From Armatimonadota bacterium (lineage in GTDB: Bacteria; Armatimonadota; Fimbriimonadia; Fimbriimonadales; GBS-DC): a stretch of 64,000 bases of DNA. Below the pieces are notes generated by a model, which had not been told where the DNA came from, did no database searches, and was given only the letters and a program-made list of their open reading frames with translations. Location: the NCBI GenBank assembly GCA_037445735.1, contig JBBIJY010000007.1, positions 41,701 to 105,700 of the forward strand. The letters run 5' to 3'. Positions 32,459 to 42,032 of the stretch are shown in pieces; position 1 is the first letter of the stretch; the number at the start of each line of letters is the position of its first letter. The position numbers and the translations under genes are program-made.

Positions 32459-33178
32459 CTATGCATCGAAGCGATAGCCTGCGCCGCGTACGGTATGGAT
32501 ATAGCGGGGATGGTCAGGGTCTGGTTCGATCTTGGAGCGCAGCCAGCGGATATGCACATCGACGGTGCGCGGACTGACATAGATATCGAGTCCCCACACA
32601 TTGTTGAGCAGTTCGTCGCGGGAGAACACTTTGCCAGGGTGGGTCGCCAGCAGGGCGAGCAGGGCGAACTCTTTGGGCGAGAGCGTGATTTCGAGCCCGT
32701 TGCGGCGCACGCGCCGCGCCTGCAGATCGATCTCCAGCTCGCCGGCACGAATGAGGGTCGATGTGGGCGTGGGCGCGGTGCGGCGCAGGATGGCTCGCAC
32801 CCGCGCGATCAGCTCGCGCATGCCAAACGGCTTCACGATGTAATCGTCGCCGCCCATCTCCAGCCCGCGCACCCGATCCTCCTCCGCTGCCCGCGCCGTG
32901 AGAAATAGAATCGGCACCGCGCTCTGCTGGCGAATCAGTCGACACAGTTCGAACCCGCTGCGAGCGGGCAACATCACATCGAGCAGGATCACATCGGGCT
33001 GGGTCTCGTGAAAGAGTCGCAGGGCGGTCTCGGCGTCGGTCGCGGTGCGCACCTGAAAGCCTTCGCGTTGCAGATTGTATTGCAGGGTTTCCAGCAGCAC
33101 GGTGTCGTCTTCCACAATCAGCACGCGGTAAGGCTCGCTCGTCCTGGGCGAGACGCCCATGCCACTGGTGTCGCGCAT
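32459..33178 (-). CDS. PhoB/OmpR-family response regulator
   Basis: VEDD, LDVMLP, KPF, LSPKEFALL, RTVDVHIRWLRSKIE, TVRGAGY. Confidence 0.93.
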   Translation of the reverse strand: MRDTSGMGVSPRTSEPYRVLIVEDDTVLLETLQYNLQREGFQVRTATDAETALRLFHETQPDVILLDVMLPARSGFELCRLIRQQSAVPILFLTARAAEEDRVRGLEMGGDDYIVKPFGMRELIARVRAILRRTAPTPTSTLIRAGELEIDLQARRVRRNGLEITLSPKEFALLALLATHPGKVFSRDELLNNVWGLDIYVSPRTVDVHIRWLRSKIEPDPDHPRYIHTVRGAGYRFDA

Positions 33179-33179
33179 G

Positions 33180-34310
33180 CTATCCCTCCGCGATGATTTC
33201 GACATTTGCGCGAGGTACGACCACCACCGTCCCGTCTTCCAGCTCGGCTTCCAGCACGCGCACGCGCGCGCCCGATTCGATTTCGACCAGTTCCGGGGGC
33301 AGTGCGCGCACGCGCCCCAGCTTGCCGAAGTAGGGTTCGCGGATGATGCGAATGGGCACGCCGATGTTCAGTTGCTGGCTCTCGGCGGTCGGCATCGCCT
33401 CTAACGGCTGCTCCGACTGCTCCAGTGGCACCACGATTTCGGGGCGGATCACGCCCGCGCGAATCTGGGTCGCGCCATTGATGGATGCCAGCTGCCCCTC
33501 CAGCCGTCGGAGCAGATTGAAGGTGCGTGCCGCCATGCGCATCACGCCGAAGCCCTCCGTCACGATAATCGAGAGCGGGATGTCCTCCTGACCGGTGATG
33601 GCGACGCCGATATCGTAGCCGAGCAGTTCGATCAGGTCGATATCGCGGATTCCGCCTGCCACCAGCCCCACGATGCCGATTCGGGCGGCTTTGCGCAGGG
33701 CGGCGCTTTCGATGCCCGCGCCGCCGACCACGATCGCGCCCTCCATCTCATCGCTCAGGTGCGATTCGGTCAGAATCTCGTCGGGTGATTGGACCGCCAC
33801 GCGCAGGGTGCCCTGTCGCTCGCCGCCGACGCCGAAGATGCCCTGAATAAACGCGCCCTGCGTTTCGATGATCGCGCCCTCTTCGGGCAGCACCTGCACC
33901 ACGCGCCCCTTCACATAGGCGTTGACCTCGATGACCGTCGGCGGCTCGCGCACGCCCACATGCCCCGTCACGGGCGAGATCAGCTCCACCGTGCCGCGCA
34001 CAGGCGACTTGCAGACGCCCCGAAACAGCCCGAAGAAGCCCTTCGTCTCGGCGATAATCTGGTCTTTTTCAACGGTGTCGCCCTCTTTGATCTTCAGCAC
34101 CTCGTGAATCTGCTTCGCTTCGATGCCGAGCGTTTGCGCCACGCGCACCGTTTGCAGGATGCCGGGCAGGTAGGCGCGGGCGACCACCGTGCTGGCGTCG
34201 ACCGCATCGCCCTCGTTAACCAGCACTTCGCCCTTGATGGGCAATCGGCGCGTCTTGCGCACAATCGTGTTGCCACTCACGGTCAATCCAGGTGTGTAAG
34301 CCGTTCCCAT
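33180..34310 (-). CDS. Conserved hypothetical protein (barrel-sandwich-like repeats, C-terminal KOW-like motif)
   Basis: Long ORF with native codon usage; GEVLVNEGDAV, IQGIFGVGGE, QIRAGVIRPE, IRIIREPYFG. Confidence 0.8.
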   Translation of the reverse strand: MGTAYTPGLTVSGNTIVRKTRRLPIKGEVLVNEGDAVDASTVVARAYLPGILQTVRVAQTLGIEAKQIHEVLKIKEGDTVEKDQIIAETKGFFGLFRGVCKSPVRGTVELISPVTGHVGVREPPTVIEVNAYVKGRVVQVLPEEGAIIETQGAFIQGIFGVGGERQGTLRVAVQSPDEILTESHLSDEMEGAIVVGGAGIESAALRKAARIGIVGLVAGGIRDIDLIELLGYDIGVAITGQEDIPLSIIVTEGFGVMRMAARTFNLLRRLEGQLASINGATQIRAGVIRPEIVVPLEQSEQPLEAMPTAESQQLNIGVPIRIIREPYFGKLGRVRALPPELVEIESGARVRVLEAELEDGTVVVVPRANVEIIAEG

Positions 34311-34329
34311 CGTGCTTGCCTCCAAAAGT

Positions 34330-35139
34330 TTACTGGCGTTGCTGTTCGCGCAGGCGGCGCCGTCGGGCGATTCGCCCCACCAGCGCGATGCTCAGAAAGT
34401 AGAGAAACACCATCGGCAGCGCAACCGCCAGCATCGAGAAGGCGTCGCCGGATGGGGTCAGCACCGCCGCCAGCAACCCGATCAGCACCACCGCATAGCG
34501 CCAGTTGCGCCACATCGTCTCCGGGGTCACCAGCCCGATTTGCGCCAGGAACATCAGCACCACTGGCATCTGGAAGCCCAGCCCGAACGCCAGCATCATC
34601 TTCACCACGAAGGTCACATATTGCGCGGGGTTCTGATACAGCACGGCGTCCGGATAATCTTTCAGGTAGCTCAGGAAGAAGGCGAACGCTTCAGGCAGGA
34701 TAAAGTAGCCGATAGCGGCGCCCAGAAAGAACAGGAAGGTGCTGAAAGGGATAATCAGCTTCACCGCGCGGCGCTCCTGACGGGTCAGGGCAGGCTTGAT
34801 AAAGCCCCATAGCTCGCCCACAATGAGCGGCACGACCAGCAGCAGACCCAGAATCAGCGACAGCTTGAACTTCAGGAAAAAAGGCTCGGTTGCGTGCGTG
34901 AACACGAACTGGGTGCTTCGGGGCATCGTGCCCAGCAGGGGCTTCGCCAGAAAGTGATACACATACGGCTCAATGAGGAAGCCAACAATCCAGCCGAGCA
35001 TGACATACATCAGAGCGCGGAAGATACGCTTCCGCAACTCCTCCAGATGCTCGATAAAGGTTGCCCGCACCTCCTCCTCGCGTCGCACAGGGGGCGGTTC
35101 CAGACCAGCTGGGCTTGCCACACTCTCACTCCTGACCAA
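34330..35139 (-). CDS. tatC: Twin-arginine translocase subunit TatC
   Basis: FIEHLEELRKR, WGFIKPAL...ER, FGLGFQMP, AAVLTP.GD. Confidence 0.95.
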   Translation of the reverse strand: MVRSESVASPAGLEPPPVRREEEVRATFIEHLEELRKRIFRALMYVMLGWIVGFLIEPYVYHFLAKPLLGTMPRSTQFVFTHATEPFFLKFKLSLILGLLLVVPLIVGELWGFIKPALTRQERRAVKLIIPFSTFLFFLGAAIGYFILPEAFAFFLSYLKDYPDAVLYQNPAQYVTFVVKMMLAFGLGFQMPVVLMFLAQIGLVTPETMWRNWRYAVVLIGLLAAVLTPSGDAFSMLAVALPMVFLYFLSIALVGRIARRRRLREQQRQ

Positions 35140-35145
35140 TGCGCT

Positions 35146-36519
35146 TCAGAAGATTTTCGTCAGCACCCATTCATCGGCAACGATGAATCGGTTAATGACC
35201 GCCTGTCCGGGCATCGTGGCGGCGCCGCGCCCGCTTTGCTGTCCAGGACCATAGGGCGGCGCACCTGGGGGCTGACCGCCGGGCGCCATGCCGCCGCGAC
35301 CGCCGCGACCTCGCGGTCCGATCATGCCGCCCTCTTCGGGCATATCGCCCGCTCCCATGCCGGCGCGACCGCCACCTGTCGGTGGGGCGCCGAAGCGTCC
35401 GCTGATGCCACCCATCCCGCCGCCACCGCCACCAATCTGCTCGCGGGCGGTGATCTCAAACTCGACGGAGGTGGTCATGCGCACCACCTGACCCAGATCG
35501 TAGGCGAAGTAGATGACCCGCTTCACTTTCACCTTCGGCTTTTCGAGGCGGAACTCACCCAGATCGAACTTGCCTGGCAGATTGCCCGAAAACTCACACA
35601 CGATTTTGGCGCACTTATAGCCCCGCTCCCACTCGAAGCTCTCGATTCGGGCGGCGATGGGGAAGCGCGTTGCCACCTTCGGGTTGCCGCCTTCACCCGA
35701 TTCCAGCGGGTCATACTGCACAAAGGTCATCGTCCAGCGGAAGCCTTCGGTGACCCTGGTGGGCGGCAGCTCGGGCAGGTCGCCCGCCGTCACATAGAAA
35801 AACTCATACTGTTGCGATTCGCCCACCCGCGACGCCTGATACACCACCCGCCCGGTGGTCTCCACCTGCTGATAGACGGGCGCCATGTTGTCGCCTGTAA
35901 TCACGCGATATTGACCACCCTCATAGATGATGGCGGGCGCCACGGGCAGCCACGAAATCAGCGCCAGCGGCGGCGTGAAGTCCTGCGTGTAGAGATCGAC
36001 ACCATAGCGGGCGTCCAGCAGCAGATTCTCTTCAGGGCTGATACCAGTGTCTTTCAGCTCGGTCTGGTCTTTCGCCGTGATGCGCACCTGATAGCGAAAA
36101 TCGCGCCCGGGCACCCACTTGTATTGCAGCCGAATGCCGCCTGCAGGAACCCTGATTTTGTTTTGCACAATTACATTGACCGCGCTGCGTGCCAGAATGC
36201 GGCGCTCGTTGCCGCCACTGTAAAGGGTCAACTCGATATTGTGCTTGCCGTCGGGCGTGTTGGTCGCTTTGGTGTCCCATTCGTAGATGAGATGCCCCTT
36301 CTCCTTATCGGTTTTGAGGACGGCAGGGGCGACCGCCTCCACAAATTTGCCATCGATGCTGACGCCGATGAACCCTTCTGCCGGGATGCTGCGCAGAGGC
36401 ACGCGCACCTGCACCTTCTCCCGCACGCGCGCGCCTTCCAGCGGGCGCACGATGGTAAACGGTGCCTGCGCCCACGCAAACCCGATCAGCAGCACCAACC
36501 CTATCGCCACACGAACCAT
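35146..36519 (-). CDS. Hypothetical secreted protein (Ig-like N-domain, Gly/Met/Pro-rich C-terminal loop)
   Basis: Signal peptide AWA-Q; WDTKATNTPDGKH Ig-like motif. Confidence 0.75.
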   Translation of the reverse strand: MVRVAIGLVLLIGFAWAQAPFTIVRPLEGARVREKVQVRVPLRSIPAEGFIGVSIDGKFVEAVAPAVLKTDKEKGHLIYEWDTKATNTPDGKHNIELTLYSGGNERRILARSAVNVIVQNKIRVPAGGIRLQYKWVPGRDFRYQVRITAKDQTELKDTGISPEENLLLDARYGVDLYTQDFTPPLALISWLPVAPAIIYEGGQYRVITGDNMAPVYQQVETTGRVVYQASRVGESQQYEFFYVTAGDLPELPPTRVTEGFRWTMTFVQYDPLESGEGGNPKVATRFPIAARIESFEWERGYKCAKIVCEFSGNLPGKFDLGEFRLEKPKVKVKRVIYFAYDLGQVVRMTTSVEFEITAREQIGGGGGGMGGISGRFGAPPTGGGRAGMGAGDMPEEGGMIGPRGRGGRGGMAPGGQPPGAPPYGPGQQSGRGAATMPGQAVINRFIVADEWVLTKIF

Positions 36520-36609
36520 GGTCATTCGCCTCCGTTTGTGCCTGCGGGCAGATACCCGCAACTATATTGTACCCCAAACGATTCGCGAACGGGCGCGGGT
36601 CTCCTGCTG

Positions 36610-37374
36610 CTATCGAAAGCCCTGCACCAGCGCCTGCGCCAGCACGCTCCAGCCGTTCGCCAGCGTGAACACCAGCAACTTCGCCGGCAACGAGACCACC
36701 ACTGGCGGCAGCATCATCATGCCCATCGACAGCAGAATGCTGGCGACCACCAGATCGATCACCAGAAACGGGATGTAGATGTAAAAGCCGATCAGGAAGG
36801 CGGTTTTGAGTTCGCTCAGAATGAAGGCGGGGATCAGCACGGTCAGTGGCACCTCGTCGGGCGTGCGCGGCGCGGGCTGGTTGCGCATCCGCAAAAAGAG
36901 ATTCAGATCATCCGTGTAGGTCTGGCGCAGCATGAAGGCGCGGATCGGCTGCTCGGCGCGTGTCAGTGCCTGCTCAAAGGTAATCTGCTTGCGCAGATAC
37001 GGCTGAAGGGCGTCGCGGTTAATCTGATCGAGCGTGGGTGCCATCACATAGAAGGTCAAAAAGAGGCTCAAGCCAATCAGCACGGGTGTTGGCGGGATGT
37101 TCGGCGTGCCCAGCGCGCTCTTAAGAAATGAAAGCACAATGACGATGCGGGTGAAGGCGGTCATCATCAACAGGATCGAGGGCGCAATCGAAAGCAGGGT
37201 GAGCAGGGCGAGAATCTGCAGCGAGGTGGAGACCTCCTGCGGGTTGCGGGCGGTGTCGATGCCGATGGTGATGCGGGGCGCGGGCACCGATTCCTGCGCC
37301 ATCAGCAGCGTGGGCGCCATCAGCAGCGCGAACAGCAGCAGGCGGGCAACCACAGGTGATAGCCTCATCGGCAT
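36610..37374 (-). CDS. fliP: Flagellar export protein FliP
   Basis: MTAFTRIVIVL, PAFILSELKTAF, DLVVASILLSMGMMMLPP. Confidence 0.96.
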   Translation of the reverse strand: MPMRLSPVVARLLLFALLMAPTLLMAQESVPAPRITIGIDTARNPQEVSTSLQILALLTLLSIAPSILLMMTAFTRIVIVLSFLKSALGTPNIPPTPVLIGLSLFLTFYVMAPTLDQINRDALQPYLRKQITFEQALTRAEQPIRAFMLRQTYTDDLNLFLRMRNQPAPRTPDEVPLTVLIPAFILSELKTAFLIGFYIYIPFLVIDLVVASILLSMGMMMLPPVVVSLPAKLLVFTLANGWSVLAQALVQGFR

Positions 37375-38000
37375 AACTCCTTCAGGCGGGCGCGCGCCTG
37401 CTGGATTCGGTTCTGAAGTTCGCTGGCGACCTCCTGTTGCCAGTCCGCGGGCACGATACCGCGCGCGTTTCGCTCCGCGCTCCGCAGTGCCTGTTCAAAG
37501 GGTTGAGAATCCCAGCCCTCTGAACCCCGCACCCCAGCCCTCTCCCCAGAGGGGAGGAGGGGTTCAGATTCCCTCTCCCCCAGCGGGGGAGAGGGCACGG
37601 GCGAGGGGGTCAAATCGGCGATCAGTTGCATGCTCTGTGGTGTGGCGCCGATCAGCAGCAGGTGGTCGCGGGCTTTGACCAGCAGCAGGCTACCGCCGGG
37701 CACCGCGCGGCTCTCCAGCACTCGAATCTGCCCATCGAGGCGCGAGCCGACGCCCGCCTTGCCTGCCCAGCCAATCAGGCGGGGCAGTCCATAGCGCAAA
37801 GCGAGCGCCACCAGCACCAGCGCGACCGTCATCTGCACCCATGCGTAGCCACCTGCTGCGGGCGCCGTGATGCGCACAGGCGCACTCCCGCGCGTGCCGA
37901 ACGCGCCCGGCTTCAGCTCCTGCGCCAGCACCAGCATACTTAACCCAGCGCCCAGCGCCATCACCCACAGACTGCGCCCGTATCGGTTCATACTGTTCAC
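37365..38000 (-). CDS. fliO: Flagellar protein FliO/FliZ with in-frame palindromic insertion
   Basis: TM followed by IRVLESRAV...LLLVK...LLLIGAT; located between fliN and fliP. Confidence 0.8.
   Translation of the reverse strand: MNSMNRYGRSLWVMALGAGLSMLVLAQELKPGAFGTRGSAPVRITAPAAGGYAWVQMTVALVLVALALRYGLPRLIGWAGKAGVGSRLDGQIRVLESRAVPGGSLLLVKARDHLLLIGATPQSMQLIADLTPSPVPSPPLGERESEPLLPSGERAGVRGSEGWDSQPFEQALRSAERNARGIVPADWQQEVASELQNRIQQARARLKELCR
37525..37609. repeat. Cloverleaf palindromic (REP/RPE-like) element inside fliO
   Basis: CCCCGCACCC...GGGCGAGGGG arms enclosing two CCCTCTCCCC/GGGGAG(A)GGG hairpins. Confidence 0.85.
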
Positions 38001-38953
38001 GCTCCCAGCCGTTGCACGCGCTCGATGGGCGAGATAATCTCGGTGATGCGCACAGCGAAGTTATCCTCCACGACCACCACCTCACCGCGTGCGATAAGCC
38101 GTCCGTTAACCAGCACCTCCACAGGTTCACCCGCCACCTTTTTGAGTTCCACGATGGAGCCTGTGCCGATTTCCAGCAGCTCGCTCACCAGAAGAGTCAC
38201 GCGCCCCAGCTCGACCGACACCTCCAGCGGGATGTCCATCAGCAGATCGAGATTGCGTGGGGAGGCACCTTCCACCTCGCCGAAAGGGTTGAACCCTCTG
38301 GGCGGGGTCGGGGGGGCGGTTGTCGGCTCCGAAGATGCTTCCTCGAATGCAAAGCCGCTGAGCGGGTCCGCCTCCTTCAGCGGGAGACCCAGCAACAGAG
38401 CCGCGAGCGTGTCCGTCAGCAGCCAGGTGAGCGGCACAGGCTCGCGCTCGGGAATGTTCAGCGTCAGCTGTACCGTGATGAGCGCGTCCACGCTCAAAAA
38501 GTTGGGCGGCAGCACGAGCGGGGCGCGCTTCACCTCCACTGTCAGTGGGGTGAAGGTGCTGCCACGCAGTTCGCCGAAAGCGAGCGCCAACCCCTGCATC
38601 AGCTGGCTGAAGAATTCGCGCAGGCTGTTCAGGGCGGTCTCGTCGAAGGTCTCAGGCGCACTGCCCAGCACCGCTGCGCCGAGTGCCCTCTCTGCCGACT
38701 CGCGCTCCCCTGTCCAGTCGCCCACCAGGATCAGGCACAGCTCGCTCTCAAACTCGGCGAAGCCGCCCTGCGCATACAGCACCGGCTCCATGCTGAGCGC
38801 GTTCAGCTCGCCAATTGGCGTCGATTCGGTGGTGGGGATGGGAATCTCCACCTGCAGGTTGTTCTGTTCGGACAGGTGGAGCGCCACGCGCTGCCAGAGG
38901 CGCCCCTGCTGAACAACGAACTGGGTCAACACTTCAGGTGCGACTTCGCTCAT
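37997..38953 (-). CDS. fliN: Flagellar motor switch protein FliN/FliY
   Basis: NLDLLMDIPLEVSVELG...GEPVEVLVNG..IARGEVVVV. Confidence 0.9.
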   Translation of the reverse strand: MSEVAPEVLTQFVVQQGRLWQRVALHLSEQNNLQVEIPIPTTESTPIGELNALSMEPVLYAQGGFAEFESELCLILVGDWTGERESAERALGAAVLGSAPETFDETALNSLREFFSQLMQGLALAFGELRGSTFTPLTVEVKRAPLVLPPNFLSVDALITVQLTLNIPEREPVPLTWLLTDTLAALLLGLPLKEADPLSGFAFEEASSEPTTAPPTPPRGFNPFGEVEGASPRNLDLLMDIPLEVSVELGRVTLLVSELLEIGTGSIVELKKVAGEPVEVLVNGRLIARGEVVVVEDNFAVRITEIISPIERVQRLGA

Positions 38954-38960
38954 CGGCTGT

Positions 38961-39959
38961 TTACTCCTCCCGTATCACTTCGGTGATGCTGAGTACCAGT
39001 TTGCGGTTGCGCACGGCGGGCTTGCCGCGAAACTTGCGTCGCCCCTCCACCAGCAGGTCGATGGCGCCGCTAACGGGCGTGTCCAGCACGATTAAATCGC
39101 CCTCTTTGAGGCGGATTAGGTCGCGCAGGCGAATGGTGGTGCGTCCCAGCAGGGCGACGCAGTTGAGCCGCGAGTGGCGCAGGTGCTGGGTCAGCGCCTG
39201 GCGGATGAGCGGCGTGGTGCGCCTGCCTGACGACGCCGCCCAGTTCTGGGAGCTGAGCCGCGGCGTGATGGGCTTGATGACCATGTGGGGCACGCAGAGG
39301 CTCATCGCGTCGCGCCGCTCGCCCACCCGCGCCTCCATCAGCATCGCAATCACGATATCGCTCGGCGGCGCAACCTGCACAAACTGCGCGCTGGTCTCCA
39401 TCCCCTCGATGCGCGGGTCAATCTGCAGGATGCTCTCCCACGCGCTTTTGAACGCGAGCAGCATCCGCTCGCCCAGCGCCAGCACGAGCGGGCGCTCTAT
39501 CTCGGTGAACGCCGTGCGCTCCACGGGACGCCCCGGACCGCCCAGCAGCCGATCCAGCAAGGTGAACACCAGCGAATATTCCATCTCCAGCACCGCCTCG
39601 CCCGACAGCGGCGGCGCACTGAAGATAATAAACGCCGACTGACGCAACGAGCGCAGGTAGTCCTCGAAAGGGATCTGCTCCAGCGAGATGGGTTCGATAT
39701 GCACGGGCACACGCAGGTAGGTGGCGAGGTTCGTGGAGCAGAGGCGGGTGAAGGTCTCAAAAATCATCTGGAGCGTGCGCAGCTGGTCGCGCGAGAACTT
39801 GTCGGGTCGGCGGAAGTCGTACACCTCGTAGGCGGCGGCGCGTCTGGAGCGGGCAGTTATGGGCGATGCGCTCTGCGCCGCCTGGTCGCCCAGCGTCGGA
39901 TCGGACGCCATCGACGCCAGCAACGCCTCAATCTCCGATTGAGAAAGAATCTCGCTCAT
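38961..39959 (-). CDS. fliM: Flagellar motor switch protein FliM
   Basis: LSQSEIEALL, YDFRRPDKFSRDQLR, DRLLGG.G. Confidence 0.96.
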   Translation of the reverse strand: MSEILSQSEIEALLASMASDPTLGDQAAQSASPITARSRRAAAYEVYDFRRPDKFSRDQLRTLQMIFETFTRLCSTNLATYLRVPVHIEPISLEQIPFEDYLRSLRQSAFIIFSAPPLSGEAVLEMEYSLVFTLLDRLLGGPGRPVERTAFTEIERPLVLALGERMLLAFKSAWESILQIDPRIEGMETSAQFVQVAPPSDIVIAMLMEARVGERRDAMSLCVPHMVIKPITPRLSSQNWAASSGRRTTPLIRQALTQHLRHSRLNCVALLGRTTIRLRDLIRLKEGDLIVLDTPVSGAIDLLVEGRRKFRGKPAVRNRKLVLSITEVIREE

Positions 39960-40004
39960 CGTGCCGACCGTTCAGGGGGCTTGCCACCCCTGCCCACAGG
40001 CTGA

Positions 40005-40033
40005 TTATCGGCACAGCGCGGGGGCTTTTTCAC
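40005..40033 (-). promoter_or_regulatory. Putative sigma28-type promoter for fliMNOP
   Basis: GTGAAA-N15-GCCGATAA on the minus strand. Confidence 0.65.
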
Positions 40034-40143
40034 CTGCTCACTCGCCCCAATATCCCTCAATCACCCGCTTGCAGGCAATGGGCACACGCTGGCATCGCTG
40101 GGCACAACCATCCTGCACGCTCGCTTCTGGGTACCTCCACCAG

Positions 40144-41244
40144 TCAGCCCATCAAACGCAGAAATTCGCCAAAAAAGGGACGGCTGTCCCACGGACCGGG
40201 CGCGGCTTCAGGGTGAAACTGCAGGGTAATCAGCTTCCAGTCGCGGTGGCGCACGCCCTCAATCGTGCCGTCGTTCAGCTGGATATGTGTTATCTCCAGC
40301 CCCGTGCCCTCCAGGCTCTCGGGTACAACCGCATAGCCGTGATTATGCGAGGTGATGGCGACCTGACCTGTGAGCAGGTTCTTCACGGGATGGTTGCAGC
40401 CGCGATGCCCGAACTTGAGCTTGTAGGTGCGTGCGCCCAGCGCCATGCAGAGCAGCTGATGACCCAGGCAGATGCCTGCTACTGGCACTTTGCCAATCAG
40501 CGCGCGAATGGTTGCCACCACGCTGCCCAGCCGCGCGGGGTCGCCCGGACCGGGTGAGAGCAGCACCCCATCCGGCTTCAGGGCGAGAATCTGCTCGGCG
40601 GATGTGGTGGCGGGCAGGATGATCGAGCGCACGCCGAGGCTGGCTAATCGGCGCGGGATGTTCCACTTCACGCCGCAGTCCAGAATCGCCACGCGATAGC
40701 GGTAGCGGTCATCGGGCGCGTCCATCGGCTCCAGCCCGTTATAGCCCCACTTGTACGGTTCGGGCGTGGTAACGCTGAACACGAAGTCGTGCTCGTCGTA
40801 GCGCGGTGTGGACTGCAGGCGTTCGAAGGCTTCTTCAGGCGTTTCGTCGGTGGTGATGGTGCCCATCATCACGCCGTGTTCGCGGATTCGGCGCGTGAGG
40901 GCGCGCGTATCGACGCCGCTGATGCTCACCACGCCATTCATCGCCAGATAGTCGTGCAGGGTGAGGCGGGCACGCCAGTTGGAGGGCGATTCGCACGCCT
41001 CGCGCACCACAAAGCCCGCCACCTGAACCCGAAACGATTCCTGATCGTCGGGGTTCAGCCCGTAGTTGCCGACGAGGGGATAGGTCATCAGCACGATCTG
41101 TCCCGCGTAGGAGGGGTCGGTCAGCACCTCCTGATAGCCCGTCATGCCGGTGTTGAACACCAGCTCGCCGGTGGTGTGCCCCTCCGCGCCAATCGCTTCA
41201 CCCTCGTACCAGCTCCCATCCTCCAGCACCAGATAGGCTCGCAT
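40144..41244 (-). CDS. carA: Carbamoyl-phosphate synthase small chain
   Basis: FNTGMTGYQE.LTDPSY, SPGPGDP, GICLGHQ, QFHPEA. Confidence 0.97.
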   Translation of the reverse strand: MRAYLVLEDGSWYEGEAIGAEGHTTGELVFNTGMTGYQEVLTDPSYAGQIVLMTYPLVGNYGLNPDDQESFRVQVAGFVVREACESPSNWRARLTLHDYLAMNGVVSISGVDTRALTRRIREHGVMMGTITTDETPEEAFERLQSTPRYDEHDFVFSVTTPEPYKWGYNGLEPMDAPDDRYRYRVAILDCGVKWNIPRRLASLGVRSIILPATTSAEQILALKPDGVLLSPGPGDPARLGSVVATIRALIGKVPVAGICLGHQLLCMALGARTYKLKFGHRGCNHPVKNLLTGQVAITSHNHGYAVVPESLEGTGLEITHIQLNDGTIEGVRHRDWKLITLQFHPEAAPGPWDSRPFFGEFLRLMG

Positions 41245-41306
41245 AGGTCAGGGCAAAGTATACCTTCCACCTGCAAAAAATTGCAGGTACAATCCTGTAA
41301 GGGACG

Positions 41307-42032
41307 ATGCAGGCGGAAGAGTATGGGCGGATGTTCCAGTTCGAGACCGATTACTGGTGGTTTGTCGGTCGGCGGCGGCTGGTGATGCGGCTGCTAAAGG
41401 CGTCTCTGCCATCCGGGGAGGGGTGGATTCTGGATGCAGGCTGCGGCACGGGCGCGATGCTGTGCGAACTCCATACTCTGGGGCGCGTGGTGGGCGTGGA
41501 TATTGAGCCGCTTGCGCTGCGCTACGCTCGCCAGCGTGGTGAGTTCCCCCTGCTACAGGCGCGGCTGGAAGCCCTGCCGTTCCGCTCGGACTGCTTTCGC
41601 GCCATCACCGCGCTGGATGTGCTGGAGCATCTGCCCGATGAGCGCCCCGCGCTCAGGGAGTTCTGGCGCGTGCTACAGTCGGGCGGTGTGCTGATTATCA
41701 CCGTGCCTGCCTATCGGTTCCTCTGGAGCAAGCACGATGTGGCGCTGCATCACTATCGACGCTACACGGCGCGGCAGCTGGCGTCGCGCCTGCGCGAGGC
41801 AGGCTTCGAAGTGCAGAAACTCTCCTACACGGTTGCGCTGCTGTTTGTGCCGATTGCCCTGTTCCGCTGGCTGGATCGGCTACGCCGCACGCCGCCTGCC
41901 GCCACGCTGGTGCCTGTCGGTGCGCGATTGAACCGCTGGCTGGTTCAGCTGCAGGAGTGGGAGGCGCGGCTGGTTCAGCGGGTGAACCTGCCGTTCGGGG
42001 TGAGCCTGGTGGCGGTTGTCCGCAAGCCTTAG
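41307..42032 (+). CDS. Class I SAM-dependent methyltransferase
   Basis: LDAGCGTG, DVLEH, LWSKHD..HHYRRY. Confidence 0.88.
   Translation: MQAEEYGRMFQFETDYWWFVGRRRLVMRLLKASLPSGEGWILDAGCGTGAMLCELHTLGRVVGVDIEPLALRYARQRGEFPLLQARLEALPFRSDCFRAITALDVLEHLPDERPALREFWRVLQSGGVLIITVPAYRFLWSKHDVALHHYRRYTARQLASRLREAGFEVQKLSYTVALLFVPIALFRWLDRLRRTPPAATLVPVGARLNRWLVQLQEWEARLVQRVNLPFGVSLVAVVRKP

Noticed and set aside
34894-37131. 745-aa plus-strand ORF and similar long antisense ORFs (5666-6949, 16717-17970, 20898-22223, 28718-29938)
   Set aside because: They overlap recognisable genes on the opposite strand, a typical artefact of GC-rich codon bias.
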